This document shows positions 38,390 through 50,625 of a stretch of DNA of 64,000 nt, piece after piece. The stretch is from Candidatus Latescibacterota bacterium (GTDB lineage: Bacteria; Latescibacterota; UBA2968; UBA8231): NCBI GenBank assembly GCA_965242865.1, contig CBDETK010000013.1:1856001-1920000 (forward strand). Reading direction: 5' to 3'. Position numbers and translations under genes: made by a program. The notes beneath the pieces are model-generated. The model was not told where the DNA came from. It made no database searches and was given only the letters and a program-made list of their open reading frames with translations. Every line of letters starts with the position of its first letter. Positions within the stretch are counted from its first letter, which is position 1.

Positions 38390-38800
38390 TCACGCAACTC
38401 GTTTGACGACCTTGGTCTTGATGGGCAATTTGTGGCCGGCGCGGCGAAATGCCTCGCGGGCCGTGGCTTCGGGCACCCCAGAAAGCTCAAACATCACCCG
38501 TCCGGGTTTGACGACCGCAACCCATCCCTCGGGCGAGCCCTTGCCTTTGCCCATGCGGGTTTCGGCCGGTTTCTTGGTGATCGGTTTGTCGGGAAAAATG
38601 CGAATCCACATCTTGCCCGTGCGGCTCATCGCCCGACTGATCGTCACGCGCACCGCCTCGATCTGGCGGCTGGTAACCCAACAAGGTTCGAGGGCTTTAA
38701 GGCCGTATTCGCCAAAGGAGACCATGTCCCCGCCTTTGGTCTGGCCGCGCATACGCCCCCGCGCTTGCTTCCTCCACTTGGATTTCTTGGGCATCAACAT
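38390..38800 (-). CDS. rplP: 50S ribosomal protein L16
   Basis: MLMPKK, RIFPDKP, RMGKGKG. Confidence 0.98.
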   Translation of the reverse strand: MLMPKKSKWRKQARGRMRGQTKGGDMVSFGEYGLKALEPCWVTSRQIEAVRVTISRAMSRTGKMWIRIFPDKPITKKPAETRMGKGKGSPEGWVAVVKPGRVMFELSGVPEATAREAFRRAGHKLPIKTKVVKRVA

Positions 38801-38819
38801 AGAGATAATCTCGCTGTAA

Positions 38820-39473
38820 TTAGACCGCTCGCACGGCCCCTTCTTCGGCCACGACTTCGCCGTGACAAATCCAAACTTTTACGCCCACAGTCCCCGATAC
38901 GGTATAAGCCGTCGCCATGGCGTAGTCGATATCGGCGCGTAGCGTGTGCAAGGGGACCCGGCCGGCCGGCTCGGACCGCTCGCGCCGGCCCATTTCCGAA
39001 CCGCCGATGCGCCCGGAACAGACGATGCGAATGCCCTCGGCCCCCATGCGCATCGACGAGGCTACCGATTTTTTCATGGCCCGGCGGAAGGAAACGCGCT
39101 GCTCTAGCTGGCGGGCGAGGTTGTCGGCCACGAGCTGAGCATCCAATTCGGGCTTCTTGATCTCTTGGATGTTGAGCGAGACATCCTTGCTGGTCAGTGT
39201 CTTGAGCTCGTCGCGAATTTTATCGACTTCGGCCCCGCGACGCCCAATGGCAATCCCGGGACGCGCCGTATGCACTTCAACGGTAACTCGCTTGGGCTGA
39301 CGCTCGATGTTGATCTGGGACACGCCGGCTCGCTGTAGGCGCTGGCGTACGTAGCGCCTAAGCATGAGGTCTTCCTTAAGCAACTCGGAAAAATCCTTTT
39401 CGGCGAACCAATTTGAACGCCAAGGCTTGATGACCCCGAGGCGGAAGCCGTATGGATGTGTTTTCTGGCCCAA
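38820..39473 (-). CDS. rpsC: 30S ribosomal protein S3
   Basis: [26 protein letters not shown]; TTG start. Confidence 0.98.
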   Translation of the reverse strand: MGQKTHPYGFRLGVIKPWRSNWFAEKDFSELLKEDLMLRRYVRQRLQRAGVSQINIERQPKRVTVEVHTARPGIAIGRRGAEVDKIRDELKTLTSKDVSLNIQEIKKPELDAQLVADNLARQLEQRVSFRRAMKKSVASSMRMGAEGIRIVCSGRIGGSEMGRRERSEPAGRVPLHTLRADIDYAMATAYTVSGTVGVKVWICHGEVVAEEGAVRAV

Positions 39474-39483
39474 GGAGCCCCCC

Positions 39484-39831
39484 TTAGTTGGCCTCGTCGC
39501 TGACGACGACCGTGAGATTGCAGTGGCGCTTGCGAATGCGATCGGCCGAGCCGCGAGCCCGCGGACGAATGCGCTTGAGATCGCGGCCTTCGTCGGCGAA
39601 GACGCGAGTTACGTAGAGATCATCGGCATCAACCGGATTCTCTTCATCCTGATTTATTCCATTGGCTATGGCCGAACGCAGGGTCTTTTCGACCAGCTTG
39701 GCCACGGGACGCGGCGAAAACCTAAGAATGGTAAGGGCCTCGGCGACGGGCTTGCCGCGAATCAGGTCAATGAGCTGGCGCACTTTCGTGGCCGGTACGC
39801 CGATTTGTTTGAGTACGGCTTGGGCTTCCAT
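39484..39831 (-). CDS. rplV: 50S ribosomal protein L22
   Basis: DLIRGK, RPRARG, RIRKR. Confidence 0.97.
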   Translation of the reverse strand: MEAQAVLKQIGVPATKVRQLIDLIRGKPVAEALTILRFSPRPVAKLVEKTLRSAIANGINQDEENPVDADDLYVTRVFADEGRDLKRIRPRARGSADRIRKRHCNLTVVVSDEAN

Positions 39832-39833
39832 GC

Positions 39834-40121
39834 TTATTGCACCCTCGTGCCGCGCTCAGTCAACCGGCCCCCGTGGCCGCGAAAGGTGCGGGTTGGCGCG
39901 AACTCGCCGAGCTTGTGCCCGACCATGTTCTCTGTGATGTACACTGGAATAAACTTATTGCCGTTGTAAACAGCGAGCGTATGGCCGACGAAGTCGGGCG
40001 TAATGGTTGAGCGCCGCGACCAAGTTCGGACGACCTGTTTGTCGCCCGTGCGATTGAGGTGCTCAATCTTTTTTGCTAAATGCCCGTCGATAAAAGGACC
40101 TTTTTTAATCGATCTTGCCAT
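39834..40121 (-). CDS. rpsS: 30S ribosomal protein S19
   Basis: [21 protein letters not shown]. Confidence 0.98.
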   Translation of the reverse strand: MARSIKKGPFIDGHLAKKIEHLNRTGDKQVVRTWSRRSTITPDFVGHTLAVYNGNKFIPVYITENMVGHKLGEFAPTRTFRGHGGRLTERGTRVQ

Positions 40122-40130
40122 AATCCCTCG

Positions 40131-40964
40131 CTACTTCGCGTTGCGCCGGCGTATGATCCACTGATTGCTTTGGTTTTTGCGCTTGCGCGTCTTGTACCCC
40201 TTAGTGGGCTTGCCCCAAGGGGTGACCGGGTGCCGCCCACCTGAAGACCGGCCCTCGCCTCCCCCATGCGGGTGATCAACCGGATTCATAACGACGCCCC
40301 GCACCTTGGGTCTGTGGCCCAACCAACGGGCGCGACCCGCCTTGCCAATGACAATATTGGCGTGTTCGATATTGCCCACCTGCCCCAAAGTCGCCATGCA
40401 CTGGACGGGGACTTCGCGATTCTCCCCGGAAGGCAGGCGCAACTGCGCCCGGCCGCCATCGCGCCCGAGAAGCTGTACTTCCGCTCCCGCGCTGCGGGCG
40501 AGCTGACCGCCGCGCCCAGGATTGAGTTCGACATTGTGAATCGTCGCGCCCAAGGGAATGTTGGCCAACGGCAAGGCATTGCCGACCTGGATTGGGGCGT
40601 TGGGACCGGCGACGATTTCGGCCCCGACTTTGAGGCCCAAAGGCGCGAGGATATAGCGTTTGTCTCCGTCGGCATAGACGACGAGAGCAATAAATGCCGA
40701 GCGATTGGGATCGTATTCGATGGCGGCGACCCGGCCCGGCACACCGAGCTTGGTCCGCTTGAAGTCAATGACGCGGTAACGCCTCTTGTGCCCCCCTCCG
40801 CGCCGACGCATGGTCAGACGCCCCTGATTGTTGCGTCCGCCCGACTTGCCAACGGCCGCGGCGAGTAAGGACTTTTCGGGCTTGCTGCGCGTTAGGTCAT
40901 CAAAGGAGTTGACCGTCTTGTAGCGCAGGGTTGGGGTTGTGGGGCGGAATTTTTTGACGGCCAT
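40131..40964 (-). CDS. rplB: 50S ribosomal protein L2
   Basis: [21 protein letters not shown]. Confidence 0.98.
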   Translation of the reverse strand: MAVKKFRPTTPTLRYKTVNSFDDLTRSKPEKSLLAAAVGKSGGRNNQGRLTMRRRGGGHKRRYRVIDFKRTKLGVPGRVAAIEYDPNRSAFIALVVYADGDKRYILAPLGLKVGAEIVAGPNAPIQVGNALPLANIPLGATIHNVELNPGRGGQLARSAGAEVQLLGRDGGRAQLRLPSGENREVPVQCMATLGQVGNIEHANIVIGKAGRARWLGHRPKVRGVVMNPVDHPHGGGEGRSSGGRHPVTPWGKPTKGYKTRKRKNQSNQWIIRRRNAK

Positions 40965-40980
40965 CTCGAGATCAACTTAG

Positions 40981-41265
40981 CTAGATATTTTCTGCAAATT
41001 CAATGGAGTCGCCGGCTTGGAGTGTCACATAAGCCTTTTTCCAACCGGCGCGTCGTCCCAAGTACATCCCTTGCCGCTTGGGCTTGCTGGGGACTTTGAT
41101 GGTGCGGACGGATTCGACCTTGACCGAAAAAATGGATTCTACGGCTTGGCGAATCTGGAGCTTGTTGGCCTTGGGGTGGACGCGAAAGGCGTATTTGTTG
41201 CCCTCGCGCAACATAGTGGCTTTTTCGGTGATCACCGGCTTCTGAATAATCGCTCGCGGGTTCAT
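40981..41265 (-). CDS. rplW: 50S ribosomal protein L23
   Basis: PVITEKA, WKKAYVTL. Confidence 0.97.
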   Translation of the reverse strand: MNPRAIIQKPVITEKATMLREGNKYAFRVHPKANKLQIRQAVESIFSVKVESVRTIKVPSKPKRQGMYLGRRAGWKKAYVTLQAGDSIEFAENI

Positions 41266-41268
41266 TGT

Positions 41269-41907
41269 TTAACCTCTTTGGCCACGCTTTTCTACGAGCC
41301 GGTCCAAGGCTTGGCGCGTAAATAAAACCACATCCGTTGCCAGCAAGTCATAGGTAGATAGCGACCCGAGATGGGTAGTCTTTACCTTGGGTAGATTGCG
41401 GCTCGATTTGATCAACACCGGCGAGCTATCCACCGTGACAAACAGAACCTTCTGGCCTTCAAGACCGCATGCTACAATAACCTTCTGGAAGGAACGGGTA
41501 CTGGGAGCGGGAAAGTCAAAGTCGGTGACAACCTTGATCTGCCCCTCTGTACCTTTGACCGTGAGGGCCGAGCGGAATGCCAAACGCTTGAGGGACTTGG
41601 GCAGTTTGGAAGCATACGAGCGGGGGTGAGGGCCAAAGGCCACGCCGCCCCCACGCACCAACGGCGAGCGCAACGAACCCCGACGCGCCCAGCCCGTGCC
41701 TTTCTGGCGATGGTGCTTCTTGCCGGTGCGGGCTATTTCAGACCGGGTCTTGGCCGAGGCCGTCCCCTGCCGCTGATTCGCTTGGTTGGCGACGATCGCT
41801 CGGTAGAGCGCGTATTCCGAAACCTCAATGCCGAACAAATCCTCGGGCAATTCCACCGAGCCGTTTGCTTGTCCTTCGCTGTTTAGCACTTCTACCTGCG
41901 CACCCAT
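41269..41907 (-). CDS. rplD: 50S ribosomal protein L4
   Basis: RQGT..KTRSE, QKGTG.AR.GS, GGGVAFGP. Confidence 0.97.
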   Translation of the reverse strand: MGAQVEVLNSEGQANGSVELPEDLFGIEVSEYALYRAIVANQANQRQGTASAKTRSEIARTGKKHHRQKGTGWARRGSLRSPLVRGGGVAFGPHPRSYASKLPKSLKRLAFRSALTVKGTEGQIKVVTDFDFPAPSTRSFQKVIVACGLEGQKVLFVTVDSSPVLIKSSRNLPKVKTTHLGSLSTYDLLATDVVLFTRQALDRLVEKRGQRG

Positions 41908-41914
41908 TGTCCAA

Positions 41915-42223
41915 TCAAACCTTTATGTCAATGCCGATACCCGCAGGCAGGTCGAGCTTCATCAGAGCATCCACGGTCTGCGGCGTTGAATCGTAAATGT
42001 CGATGAGGCGCTTGTGGATGCGCGTCTCGAACTGCTCGCGCGATTTCTTGTCCACATGGGGGGACCGCAGCACGGTGTACACAGTGCGTGCAGTCGGCAG
42101 TGGCACCGGGCCGGCGATGCGAGCCCCGCTCCGCTTGACCGTCTGGACTATCTCATCCACGGACTTGTCCAAAGCGATATGGTCGTAGGCTTTGAGGCGA
42201 ATGCGTATTCTGTCAACTGCCAC
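41915..42223 (-). CDS. rpsJ: 30S ribosomal protein S10
   Basis: [31 protein letters not shown]; GTG start. Confidence 0.98.
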   Translation of the reverse strand: MAVDRIRIRLKAYDHIALDKSVDEIVQTVKRSGARIAGPVPLPTARTVYTVLRSPHVDKKSREQFETRIHKRLIDIYDSTPQTVDALMKLDLPAGIGIDIKV

Positions 42224-42234
42224 TGGCTCGTATC

Positions 42235-43425
42235 CTAATCGGAGACCTCGGTGACGACACCAGAGCCGATGGTCCGACCGCCCTCGCGAATGGCGAAGCG
42301 CAACTGCGGCTCAATGGCAATAGGCTGGATTAGCTCTACTTCCATATTGACGTTATCTCCCGGCATGACCATCTCTGTGCCCTCAGGCAGAGCAATGGTC
42401 CCGGTGACGTCGGTGGTGCGAAAGAAAAATTGGGGCCGATAGCCAGAGAAAAAGGGCTTTTCGCGCCCCCCTTCCTTGGGGGTCAACACCACGACCTCAG
42501 CCTTAAACTTGGTGTGCGGCTGGACAGAAGCAGGCTTGCAGATGACCATTCCGCGCATTAGCTCGGCTTTCTCGACGCCGCGGAGCAGAAGACCGACATT
42601 GTCGCCAGCCTCGCCCTCGTTGAGCAGCTTGCGGAACATCTCGACGCCGGTGACTGTGGTCTTGCGCGTCTCCTTGATGCCGACGATCTCCACCTCTTCG
42701 CCGACCTTGATCCGACCGCGCTCAACGCGACCCGTGCCAACCGTGCCGCGGCCTTGGATCGTAAACACGTCTTCGACCGGCATCAAGAAAGGCTGATCGA
42801 CATCGCGCACTGGATCGGGAATGAACTCGTCAACCGCATTCATCAATTGGTCGATCGACTGAGTGCCCGTCGGCGAGTCCGTCCCTTCGAGGGCCTCAAG
42901 GGCCGAACCGCGGATTATCGGGGTCCCTTCGCCATCAAAACCGTATTCGGAGAGCAACTCCTGCGTCTCCAACTCGACCAAGTCCAAAAGTTCTTCGTCA
43001 TCTACTTGATCAACCTTGTTGAGATAGACGACAATGCTGGGCACGTTGACTTGGCGAGCCAACAGAATGTGTTCGCGGGTCTGGATCATCGGCCCGTCAG
43101 CAGCACTGACGACCAAAATCGAACCATCCATCTGGGCAGCCCCGGTAATCATGTTTTTGATGTAGTCGGCATGGCCGGGGCAATCGACGTGCGCATAGTG
43201 GCGCTTGTCGGTCTCGTACTCCTGATGGGAGACATTGATCGTCACCCCGCGGGCCTTTTCTTCCGGGGCATTGTCGATTTCATCGACGCCCTTAGCCTCG
43301 GCCAAGCCCTTGTTAGCCAAGTGTAAGGTGATGGCCGCCGTCAAGGTGGTTTTGCCATGGTCGACGTGGCCAATGGTACCGATATTGACGTGCGGTTTAT
43401 TGCGCTGAAACTGTTCCTTAGCCAT
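42235..43425 (-). CDS. tuf: Elongation factor Tu
   Basis: [30 protein letters not shown]. Confidence 0.99.
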   Translation of the reverse strand: MAKEQFQRNKPHVNIGTIGHVDHGKTTLTAAITLHLANKGLAEAKGVDEIDNAPEEKARGVTINVSHQEYETDKRHYAHVDCPGHADYIKNMITGAAQMDGSILVVSAADGPMIQTREHILLARQVNVPSIVVYLNKVDQVDDEELLDLVELETQELLSEYGFDGEGTPIIRGSALEALEGTDSPTGTQSIDQLMNAVDEFIPDPVRDVDQPFLMPVEDVFTIQGRGTVGTGRVERGRIKVGEEVEIVGIKETRKTTVTGVEMFRKLLNEGEAGDNVGLLLRGVEKAELMRGMVICKPASVQPHTKFKAEVVVLTPKEGGREKPFFSGYRPQFFFRTTDVTGTIALPEGTEMVMPGDNVNMEVELIQPIAIEPQLRFAIREGGRTIGSGVVTEVSD

Positions 43426-43477
43426 TTCCTTAATCCTCTCCTTTCCTTACTTAGCCCGTAGGAAGGTGGTTACAGCT

Positions 43478-45556
43478 TTAACCTCGAGTGCTATCGACGA
43501 TTTCTTCGGTGATGTGACGTGGGACAGCTTTGTATTTGGAAAACTGCATAGTAAAAAGTGCCCGTCCTTGGGTCAGTGAACGCAAACGAGTGGCATAGCC
43601 AAAAGTCTCGCTCAATGGCACGAAGGCTTTGACGACTTGGGCATCGGAACGAGGATTGATGCCTTGGATCTCGCCTCGGTGCGAATTGAGATCGCCCATT
43701 ACGTCGCCTAGATATTGCTCGGGGACGACGACCTCCAACTCCATAATCGGCTCCATGAGATAAGGAGCCGCTTTTAGGGCACCGTCTTTGAATGCCATGG
43801 AGCCGGCAACCTTAAAAGCGACTTCCGATGAATCAACCTCGTGGTGCGACCCATCTACCAGCACGACCTTAACATCTTCGATCGGATAACCGGCAACCGG
43901 GCCGGTGGTCATCGCTTCAATGATGCCCTCACGCACTGGATTGATGTATTCCTTGGGGATGCTGCCACCGATAATTTTCGACTCAAAGACCAGCCCACTG
44001 CCCGGCTCGCCGGGCTCGATCTCCAACTCGACATGCCCGTACTGGCCGCGGCCTCCGGTCTGTCGCACGAAGCGACCTGAGCTCTCGACAGCCCTGTACA
44101 GACCTTCTTTATAGGCCACTTGGGGCTTGCCGACGTTGGCCTCCACCTTGAACTCGCGGAACAGCCGGTCGATGAGTATCTCTAGGTGTAGTTCGCCCAT
44201 GCCCGACATAATAGTCTGGCCTGTTTCGTCGTCGAGCTTGACCTGAAAGGTCGGATCTTCCTCGCTGAGCTTGGACAAGGCAATGTATAGCTGCTCTTGA
44301 TCCGCCCGCGTCTTTGGCTCAATTGCCACATGGATCACCGGCTCGGCAAATTCGATCTTTTCCAAGACGATGGAGTGCTGCTCGTCGCAAAGCGTATCGC
44401 CAGTAGTTGTATTTTTGAGGCCAACCACGGCGACTATATCACCAGCATAGGCGCGAGATAGCTCGGTGCGATCGTTGGCGTGCATCTCCAGCAAGCGTGC
44501 GGTCCGCTCGCGGCGCTCAGTAGTTACATTGTAGAGATACGTCCCTGAGCTCAACACACCTGAATAGACGCGAACAAAAGTGAGGCGTCCGACAAAAGGA
44601 TCCGTCATAACCTTAAAGGCCAACCCGGAAAAAGGCGCGTCGTCGCGGGCGGGGCGCACCGCTTCTGCGCTGGAATGGGGCAGCATGCCCTTGACTTCGC
44701 CGATGTCGGCTGGGGACGGAAGATAGTGCAGCACGGCGTCAAGCAAGCGCTGAACGCCTTTGTATTTGTACGCACTGCCGCATGTTACAGGCACGGCCTT
44801 CAGTGCGATGGTGGCTTGGCGCAGCGCAGCTCGGATCTCGTCGGGATGAATTTCCTCCCCTTCTAGAAATTTTTCGAGCAGCCCATCGTCAAATTCGGCC
44901 ACGGACTCGAGCAGCTTTTCGCGGTATTGCAAGGCACTCTCCAGCAAATCCGCGGGGATCTCGTCCTCAAAAAACTTGACGCCCTGACTGGCCTCTTCGT
45001 AGGTAATGGCCTTCATCTCGACCAAGTCTATCAAGCCGTTGAACGTCTCGCCAACGCCGATGGGTAACTGGACGGGCACAAAATTGCTGTTCAATCGCTC
45101 TTGGAGCATGCTGAGGACCTGAAAAAAGTCAGCCCCATTGCGATCCATCTTATTGACGAAAGCAATGCGCGGAACTTCGTATTTGTCGGCTTGGCGCCAG
45201 ACGGTTTCGGACTGAGGTTCAACTCCGCCGACCGCACAGAAGACGCCAATGGCCCCGTCGAGGACGCGCAGCGAACGCTCGACCTCAGCGGTAAAATCTA
45301 CGTGCCCGGGCGTGTCGATGATATTGATGCGGTGACCCTTCCACTCGCAAGCGGTAGCAGCCGAGGTAATGGTAATTCCGCGCTCGCGCTCTTGCTCCAT
45401 CCAATCCATCGTCGCCGTGCCGTCGTGGACCTCTCCCATGCGATGAACGCGACCAGTGTAGTAGAGGATGCGCTCGGTCGTGGTGGTTTTGCCGGCGTCA
45501 ATGTGAGCCGCAATCCCGATGTTGCGCGTGTCTTGTTGGGCAAACTGTCGTACCAT
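43478..45556 (-). CDS. fusA: Elongation factor G
   Basis: [29 protein letters not shown]; start ATG 45556. Confidence 0.98.
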   Translation of the reverse strand: MVRQFAQQDTRNIGIAAHIDAGKTTTTERILYYTGRVHRMGEVHDGTATMDWMEQERERGITITSAATACEWKGHRINIIDTPGHVDFTAEVERSLRVLDGAIGVFCAVGGVEPQSETVWRQADKYEVPRIAFVNKMDRNGADFFQVLSMLQERLNSNFVPVQLPIGVGETFNGLIDLVEMKAITYEEASQGVKFFEDEIPADLLESALQYREKLLESVAEFDDGLLEKFLEGEEIHPDEIRAALRQATIALKAVPVTCGSAYKYKGVQRLLDAVLHYLPSPADIGEVKGMLPHSSAEAVRPARDDAPFSGLAFKVMTDPFVGRLTFVRVYSGVLSSGTYLYNVTTERRERTARLLEMHANDRTELSRAYAGDIVAVVGLKNTTTGDTLCDEQHSIVLEKIEFAEPVIHVAIEPKTRADQEQLYIALSKLSEEDPTFQVKLDDETGQTIMSGMGELHLEILIDRLFREFKVEANVGKPQVAYKEGLYRAVESSGRFVRQTGGRGQYGHVELEIEPGEPGSGLVFESKIIGGSIPKEYINPVREGIIEAMTTGPVAGYPIEDVKVVLVDGSHHEVDSSEVAFKVAGSMAFKDGALKAAPYLMEPIMELEVVVPEQYLGDVMGDLNSHRGEIQGINPRSDAQVVKAFVPLSETFGYATRLRSLTQGRALFTMQFSKYKAVPRHITEEIVDSTRG

Positions 45557-45572
45557 TTCGCCTGAAAACTCC

Positions 45573-46043
45573 CTAAAATCTGTAGTGGGCGAAGGCCTTG
45601 TTTGCCTCGGCCATGCGGTGGACATCTTCCTTCATGCGTACAGCCCCACCTTCCCCCCTAGACGCAGCGATAAACTCATTGGCCAACCGCTCAGCCATGG
45701 TGCGCTCAGAGCGCTCGCGGGCAAAGCGAATCAACCAGCGAATCGAACGCGCCGTGCGCTCGTCTGGCCGCATTTCGACCGGCACCTGATACGTTTGGCC
45801 ACCGACTCGACGCGACTTAACCATAACGATGGGCTTGGCATTTTCTAGTGCCTTCTGAAATACATCAATCCCGTCTTGACCGCTGCGCTCGGCAGCCAAA
45901 TCAATCGAGTCGTAGAATATGCGCTCGGCCACGCTCTTCTTACCTTGTTTCATTAGCGAATTTACGAACCTCGCCGCCAAGACATTGTGGAATTTCGGGT
46001 CCGGCAGCAGCTTGCGTTTGATTGCTTTTTTACGCCGCGACAT
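45573..46043 (-). CDS. rpsG: 30S ribosomal protein S7
   Basis: [25 protein letters not shown]. Confidence 0.98.
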   Translation of the reverse strand: MSRRKKAIKRKLLPDPKFHNVLAARFVNSLMKQGKKSVAERIFYDSIDLAAERSGQDGIDVFQKALENAKPIVMVKSRRVGGQTYQVPVEMRPDERTARSIRWLIRFARERSERTMAERLANEFIAASRGEGGAVRMKEDVHRMAEANKAFAHYRF

Positions 46044-46053
46044 TGCTCATACC

Positions 46054-46425
46054 TTAGGTAGGCCGCCGGGTGCCATACTTGGAGCGCCCTTGGCGACGGT
46101 CAGCCACGCCCGTCGCATCGAGGACGCCGCGCACGATGTGGTAGCGGACGCCGGGGCAATCCTTGATGCGGCCTCCGCGCACTAAGACGATGGAGTGCTC
46201 TTGCAACGTGTGGCCCTCGCCTGGCACATAAGCCGTGACTTCAATCCCCGTAGTCAAACGCACACGAGCCATTTTACGCAAAGCCGAATTGGGCTTCTTG
46301 GGCGTCTGAGTATAAACGCGCGTGCAAACGCCGCGGCGCTGGGGACAGCCTCTCAGCGCGGGGGAGTCCGTCTTTTTTAGTGATTTTTGCCGGCTTTTTC
46401 GGACCAGCTGGCTAACCGTTGGCAA
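46054..46425 (-). CDS. rpsL: 30S ribosomal protein S12
   Basis: [16 protein letters not shown]; TTG start after GAGGAG RBS. Confidence 0.98.
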   Translation of the reverse strand: MPTVSQLVRKSRQKSLKKTDSPALRGCPQRRGVCTRVYTQTPKKPNSALRKMARVRLTTGIEVTAYVPGEGHTLQEHSIVLVRGGRIKDCPGVRYHIVRGVLDATGVADRRQGRSKYGTRRPT

Positions 46426-46467
46426 CCGTTGTTTCTCCTCGTCATCTGCAATAAATAGCAAACTTAC

Positions 46468-46496
46468 AATCTAAATACAAATTGTATAATTGTCAA
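46468..46496 (-). promoter_or_regulatory. Sigma70 promoter for rpsL (str operon)
   Basis: TTGACA-17 bp-TAGATT between rpoC stop and rpsL. Confidence 0.75.
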
Positions 46497-46498
46497 TG

Positions 46499-49400
46499 CT
46501 ACTCGCCCAAAACACCCGTTTCCGCAGCCGCAACTTCGGTCAACTCGGCTTTGCCATTCCCTTCGGGTGCCAAGTCCTCATAGGTGCTATCTTGGTAGGA
46601 GGTAGTGCCTGTGCCGGCTGGGATCAAGCGGCCGATTATGACGTTTTCTTTGAGACCTCGCAGATGGTCGATCTTGCCTTGCACGGCCGCCTCGGTCAAC
46701 ACGCGCGTCGTCTCTTGGAAAGAGGCGGCAGAGATAAAGCTATCCGTGCGCAGTGAGGCCCGAGTAATGCCCAGCAGAATCGACTGGCAGGTGGCCGGGT
46801 CACCTCCCTCGTAGAGAACTTTGTCGTTCTCCCGGTTGAAGCGGATCTTATCCACTTCCTCCCCTTCGAGAAAGTTCGTATCACCCGGGTCGATGATGCG
46901 CACCTTCTGCAGCATCTGCTTGACGATCACTTCAATGTGTTTGTCGTTGATCTCCACGGCCTGTAAGCGATAGACGTCCTGAATTTCGTTGACCAAATAC
47001 TCCTGTACCTTATTGACGCCCTGAACCCGCAAAATATCGTGCGGGTTGACCGACCCCTCGGAGAGACGCTCACCAGCTTCAACCCGATCTCCTTCGTGTA
47101 CGCGCAGGTGCTTACCGTAGGGCACCAAGTATTTCTTTTTTTCGTCATCCCCATTCGGCGGGGTAACGAACAGTTCGCGGTTGCCGCGGACTAGGCCGCC
47201 GAAGCTCACAGTGCCGTTGATTTCCGATATTACCGCAGGTTCCTTGGGCCGGCGCGCCTCAAAGAGTTCAGCAACGCGCGGCAGACCACCAGTGATGTCG
47301 CGCGTCTTGGAACGCTCGCGCGGGATTTTGACCAACACCTGCCCCGGCTCGACTTGATCGCCATCTTCGACTAGAAGACGGGCACCGACCGGAATGATAT
47401 AGGTTCGCTGACCGCCTTCCTCGATCTCGATCTCGATCTGCGGGCTCAACGAGCGGTCGCGCTGTTCGACGATGCCGCGGACGCTCATGCCCGTGCTCTC
47501 GTCGAATTCCTCGCGCATCGTTACTCCGGCAATGATATCGTTGAACTGGATCCGGCCCGGGCGGTCGGTGAGGATCACATTGTTGTATGGATCCCATTCG
47601 TACAGCACCTGTCCCATTTCGACTTGCTCTCCATCTTCGACCTTGAGCACCGCGCCATAAGGGACGTTGACAGACGAGCGCACTCGGTTCTGTTCGTCGA
47701 GCAGCCCGATTTCGCCGTTGCGGCCGACGACCGTGACGCCGGTGGTCGGGTTTTGTACTGAATCAACATCGGAAAATTGGACGCGGCCGGCTCGGCGAGC
47801 GGTGATCTGCGACTGCTCGGCGATGCGACTCGCCGTACCGCCGATGTGAAACGTCCGCAGCGTTAGCTGGGTACCGGGCTCGCCAATACTCTGCGCGGCC
47901 ACGACCCCAACGGCCTCGCCCACATTGACCTCGCGGCCAGTACCCATGTTGCGCCCGTAGCACTTGATGCACACGCCGCGCTCGGACTCGCAGGTGAGCA
48001 CCGAGCGGATGAGCACTTCTTCAATTCCGGCTTGAGCAATGCGATTGGCGTCTTCCTCTTCCAACAGAGTGCCCGCTTGGGCCACCACCTGGCCATCGGC
48101 GTCGAGGGCGTCCTCTTGCAACACGCGGCCGACGATGCGGTCGGCCAGCGGCTCGATTACCTCCTCGCCGTCCTTGAGAGCACCGGTATTCAGCCCTTGG
48201 CTCGTCATGCAGTCCTCTTCGCTAATCACCATGTCTTGAGCCACATCGACCATCCGCCGAGTCAGATACCCGGCTTCGGCCGTCTTCAGCGCCGTATCGG
48301 CCAACCCCTTGCGCGCCCCGTGGGTTGAGATGAAATACTCTAGCACCGACAGGCCCTCTTTGAAAGAGGCGATAATCGGCGTTTCGATAATTTCGCCGAC
48401 CGCACCGGTCAGCTTTTTCTGCGGCTTGTTCATCAGGCCGCGCATGCCGCCGAGCTGTTTGATCTGATCCTCGCTGCCACGCGCACCGGAATCCTTCATA
48501 ACGTAAACCGAGTTAAAGCCCTCTTCGGCTTCCTCAAGCGTTCGCTGCACAGCGCGCGAGACTTCAGATGTGGCATGGGTCCAGATGTCGATAATTTTGT
48601 TGTAGCGCTCGCCGTCGGTGATGATGCCGTTGGCATACTGATCGCGGACTTTTTCCACTTCCTTGAGCGCTCCGTCAATGAGCTTGGTTTTAGCATCGGG
48701 AACGACTACGTCGTCAACGGCGATGGACACGCCGGCCAGCGTTGCGTAGTGGTAGCCCATATTTTTGAGCTGATCGACAAACTCGGCCGTGCGCCTATTG
48801 CCCAGCCGACGATGCACCTCGGAGGTGATCCTTTTGATGTCGCCCTTGTCAACCGTGCGGTTGATAAAGCCGATTTCCTCCGGCAGCACCTCGTTAAAAA
48901 GCAAGCGACCAACGGTCGTCTCCACCATCTCGCCCTCAATGCGCACCATAATTGGCTGGTGCAAGGTGATGCGGCCCGCTTCAAAGGCCGCGACCGCCTC
49001 GGTCTTATTGGCAAAGTTGCGCTTGACTTCACCAGCTTCGCTAAAGCGCGTCTTGGTCAGGTAATAGCTGCCGAGCACGATGTCCTGCGGGTTGTCCATA
49101 ATTACCGGCTCGCCATCGGCCGGCTTGAGGATGTTGTTGGTAGAGAGCATTAAGAGCCGCGCCTCGATTTGCGACTCGAATGAGAGCGGGACATGTACGG
49201 CCATCTGGTCTCCGTCGAAATCGGCATTAAAGGCCGCGCAAACCAGCGGGTGTAGGCGAATGGCTTTGCCCTCGACGAGAATGGGCTGAAAAGCCTGAAT
49301 GCCCAACTTGTGCAAGGTCGGCGCCCGATTGAGCAAGACGCAGTGGTCGCGAATGATCTCCTCGAGAATGTCCCAGACTTCTGGGCGCTCGCGCTCGACC

Positions 49401-50593
49401 AATTTCTTGGCACTCTTGACGGTTTGCACCAGCCCTTTTTCTTCCAACTTTTTGATCACAAAGGGCTTAAATAGCTCCAAGGCCATTCCCTTCGGCAAGC
49501 CGCACTGGTACAGCTTGAGTTCTGGACCGACGACAATGACTGAACGGCCCGAATAGTCAACGCGCTTGCCCAGCAAGTTTTGGCGAAAACGGCCCTGCTT
49601 GCCCTTGAGTAGATCGCTGAGCGACTTGAGCGAGCGATTGCCGTCGCCGCGCACAGCCCGCGAGCGACGCCCGTTGTCGAAGAGGGCATCAACGGCTTCT
49701 TGCAGCATCCGCTTCTCATTGCGCAGAATGACCTCGGGGGCCTTGATGTTGATCAACTTCTTCAAGCGGTTGTTGCGGTTGATGACCCGGCGGTAGAGGT
49801 CGTTGAGGTCCGAAGTGGCGAAGCGACCGCCCTCTAAGGGCACCAAGGGGCGCAGATCCGGCGGAATGACCGGAATGTTGTCGAGAATCATCCACTCGGG
49901 CCGGTTTTCGGACTGGCGGAAGGCCTCGACGACCTTGAGTCGCTTGAGCGATTCCTGCTTGCGCTGGACCGAAGTCTCCACCCGGATGTTCCGGCGCAAC
50001 TCGGCCGAGAGATCTTCGATATCGATCTGCTCTAAGAGCCGCTTGACTGCGGGTGCTCCCATATCGGCATCGGGATCGCCACCCGCTTCCTGGACCTCAA
50101 TGAGATCCTCTTCCGTCAAAAGCTGCAACTTCTCCACTGGTGCGTCCCGCGGATCAATAACAACATAGGACTCGTAGTAGAGGATGCGCTCGAGGTTGCG
50201 CATCGAGATGTCGAGTAGGGCGCCGATGCGCGAAGGCAGCGACTTGAAATACCAGATGTGGGAAACCTGCACGGCGAGCTCGATGTGGCCCAGGCGCTCG
50301 CGGCGAACCTTGACCTGCGTGACCTCAACGCCGCAGCGATCGCATACTATGCCTCGATAGCGGATGCCCTTGTATTTGCCGCAGTGGCAGTTCCAGTCCT
50401 TGACCGGACCGAAGATGCGCTCGCAGAACAACCCGTCGCGCTCCGGCTTGAAGGAGCGATAGTTGATCGTCTCAGGCTTAGCGACTTCACCTTGTGACCA
50501 AGCGCGAATGGTCTCGGGCGAAGCGAGCTGAATGCGGATGGAATCGAAATCAATCGGTTTGCGCGATGCATTGGCAGTCTGTAACACGGGCAC
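46499..50593 (-). CDS. rpoC: RNA polymerase beta' subunit
   Basis: Catalytic NADFDGD, zinc finger [18 protein letters not shown]; GTG start. Confidence 0.99.
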   Translation of the reverse strand: MPVLQTANASRKPIDFDSIRIQLASPETIRAWSQGEVAKPETINYRSFKPERDGLFCERIFGPVKDWNCHCGKYKGIRYRGIVCDRCGVEVTQVKVRRERLGHIELAVQVSHIWYFKSLPSRIGALLDISMRNLERILYYESYVVIDPRDAPVEKLQLLTEEDLIEVQEAGGDPDADMGAPAVKRLLEQIDIEDLSAELRRNIRVETSVQRKQESLKRLKVVEAFRQSENRPEWMILDNIPVIPPDLRPLVPLEGGRFATSDLNDLYRRVINRNNRLKKLINIKAPEVILRNEKRMLQEAVDALFDNGRRSRAVRGDGNRSLKSLSDLLKGKQGRFRQNLLGKRVDYSGRSVIVVGPELKLYQCGLPKGMALELFKPFVIKKLEEKGLVQTVKSAKKLVERERPEVWDILEEIIRDHCVLLNRAPTLHKLGIQAFQPILVEGKAIRLHPLVCAAFNADFDGDQMAVHVPLSFESQIEARLLMLSTNNILKPADGEPVIMDNPQDIVLGSYYLTKTRFSEAGEVKRNFANKTEAVAAFEAGRITLHQPIMVRIEGEMVETTVGRLLFNEVLPEEIGFINRTVDKGDIKRITSEVHRRLGNRRTAEFVDQLKNMGYHYATLAGVSIAVDDVVVPDAKTKLIDGALKEVEKVRDQYANGIITDGERYNKIIDIWTHATSEVSRAVQRTLEEAEEGFNSVYVMKDSGARGSEDQIKQLGGMRGLMNKPQKKLTGAVGEIIETPIIASFKEGLSVLEYFISTHGARKGLADTALKTAEAGYLTRRMVDVAQDMVISEEDCMTSQGLNTGALKDGEEVIEPLADRIVGRVLQEDALDADGQVVAQAGTLLEEEDANRIAQAGIEEVLIRSVLTCESERGVCIKCYGRNMGTGREVNVGEAVGVVAAQSIGEPGTQLTLRTFHIGGTASRIAEQSQITARRAGRVQFSDVDSVQNPTTGVTVVGRNGEIGLLDEQNRVRSSVNVPYGAVLKVEDGEQVEMGQVLYEWDPYNNVILTDRPGRIQFNDIIAGVTMREEFDESTGMSVRGIVEQRDRSLSPQIEIEIEEGGQRTYIIPVGARLLVEDGDQVEPGQVLVKIPRERSKTRDITGGLPRVAELFEARRPKEPAVISEINGTVSFGGLVRGNRELFVTPPNGDDEKKKYLVPYGKHLRVHEGDRVEAGERLSEGSVNPHDILRVQGVNKVQEYLVNEIQDVYRLQAVEINDKHIEVIVKQMLQKVRIIDPGDTNFLEGEEVDKIRFNRENDKVLYEGGDPATCQSILLGITRASLRTDSFISAASFQETTRVLTEAAVQGKIDHLRGLKENVIIGRLIPAGTGTTSYQDSTYEDLAPEGNGKAELTEVAAAETGVLGE

Positions 50594-50625
50594 CCCCTTT
50601 GCGCTTTATGCAGATGCTCTGCGAT

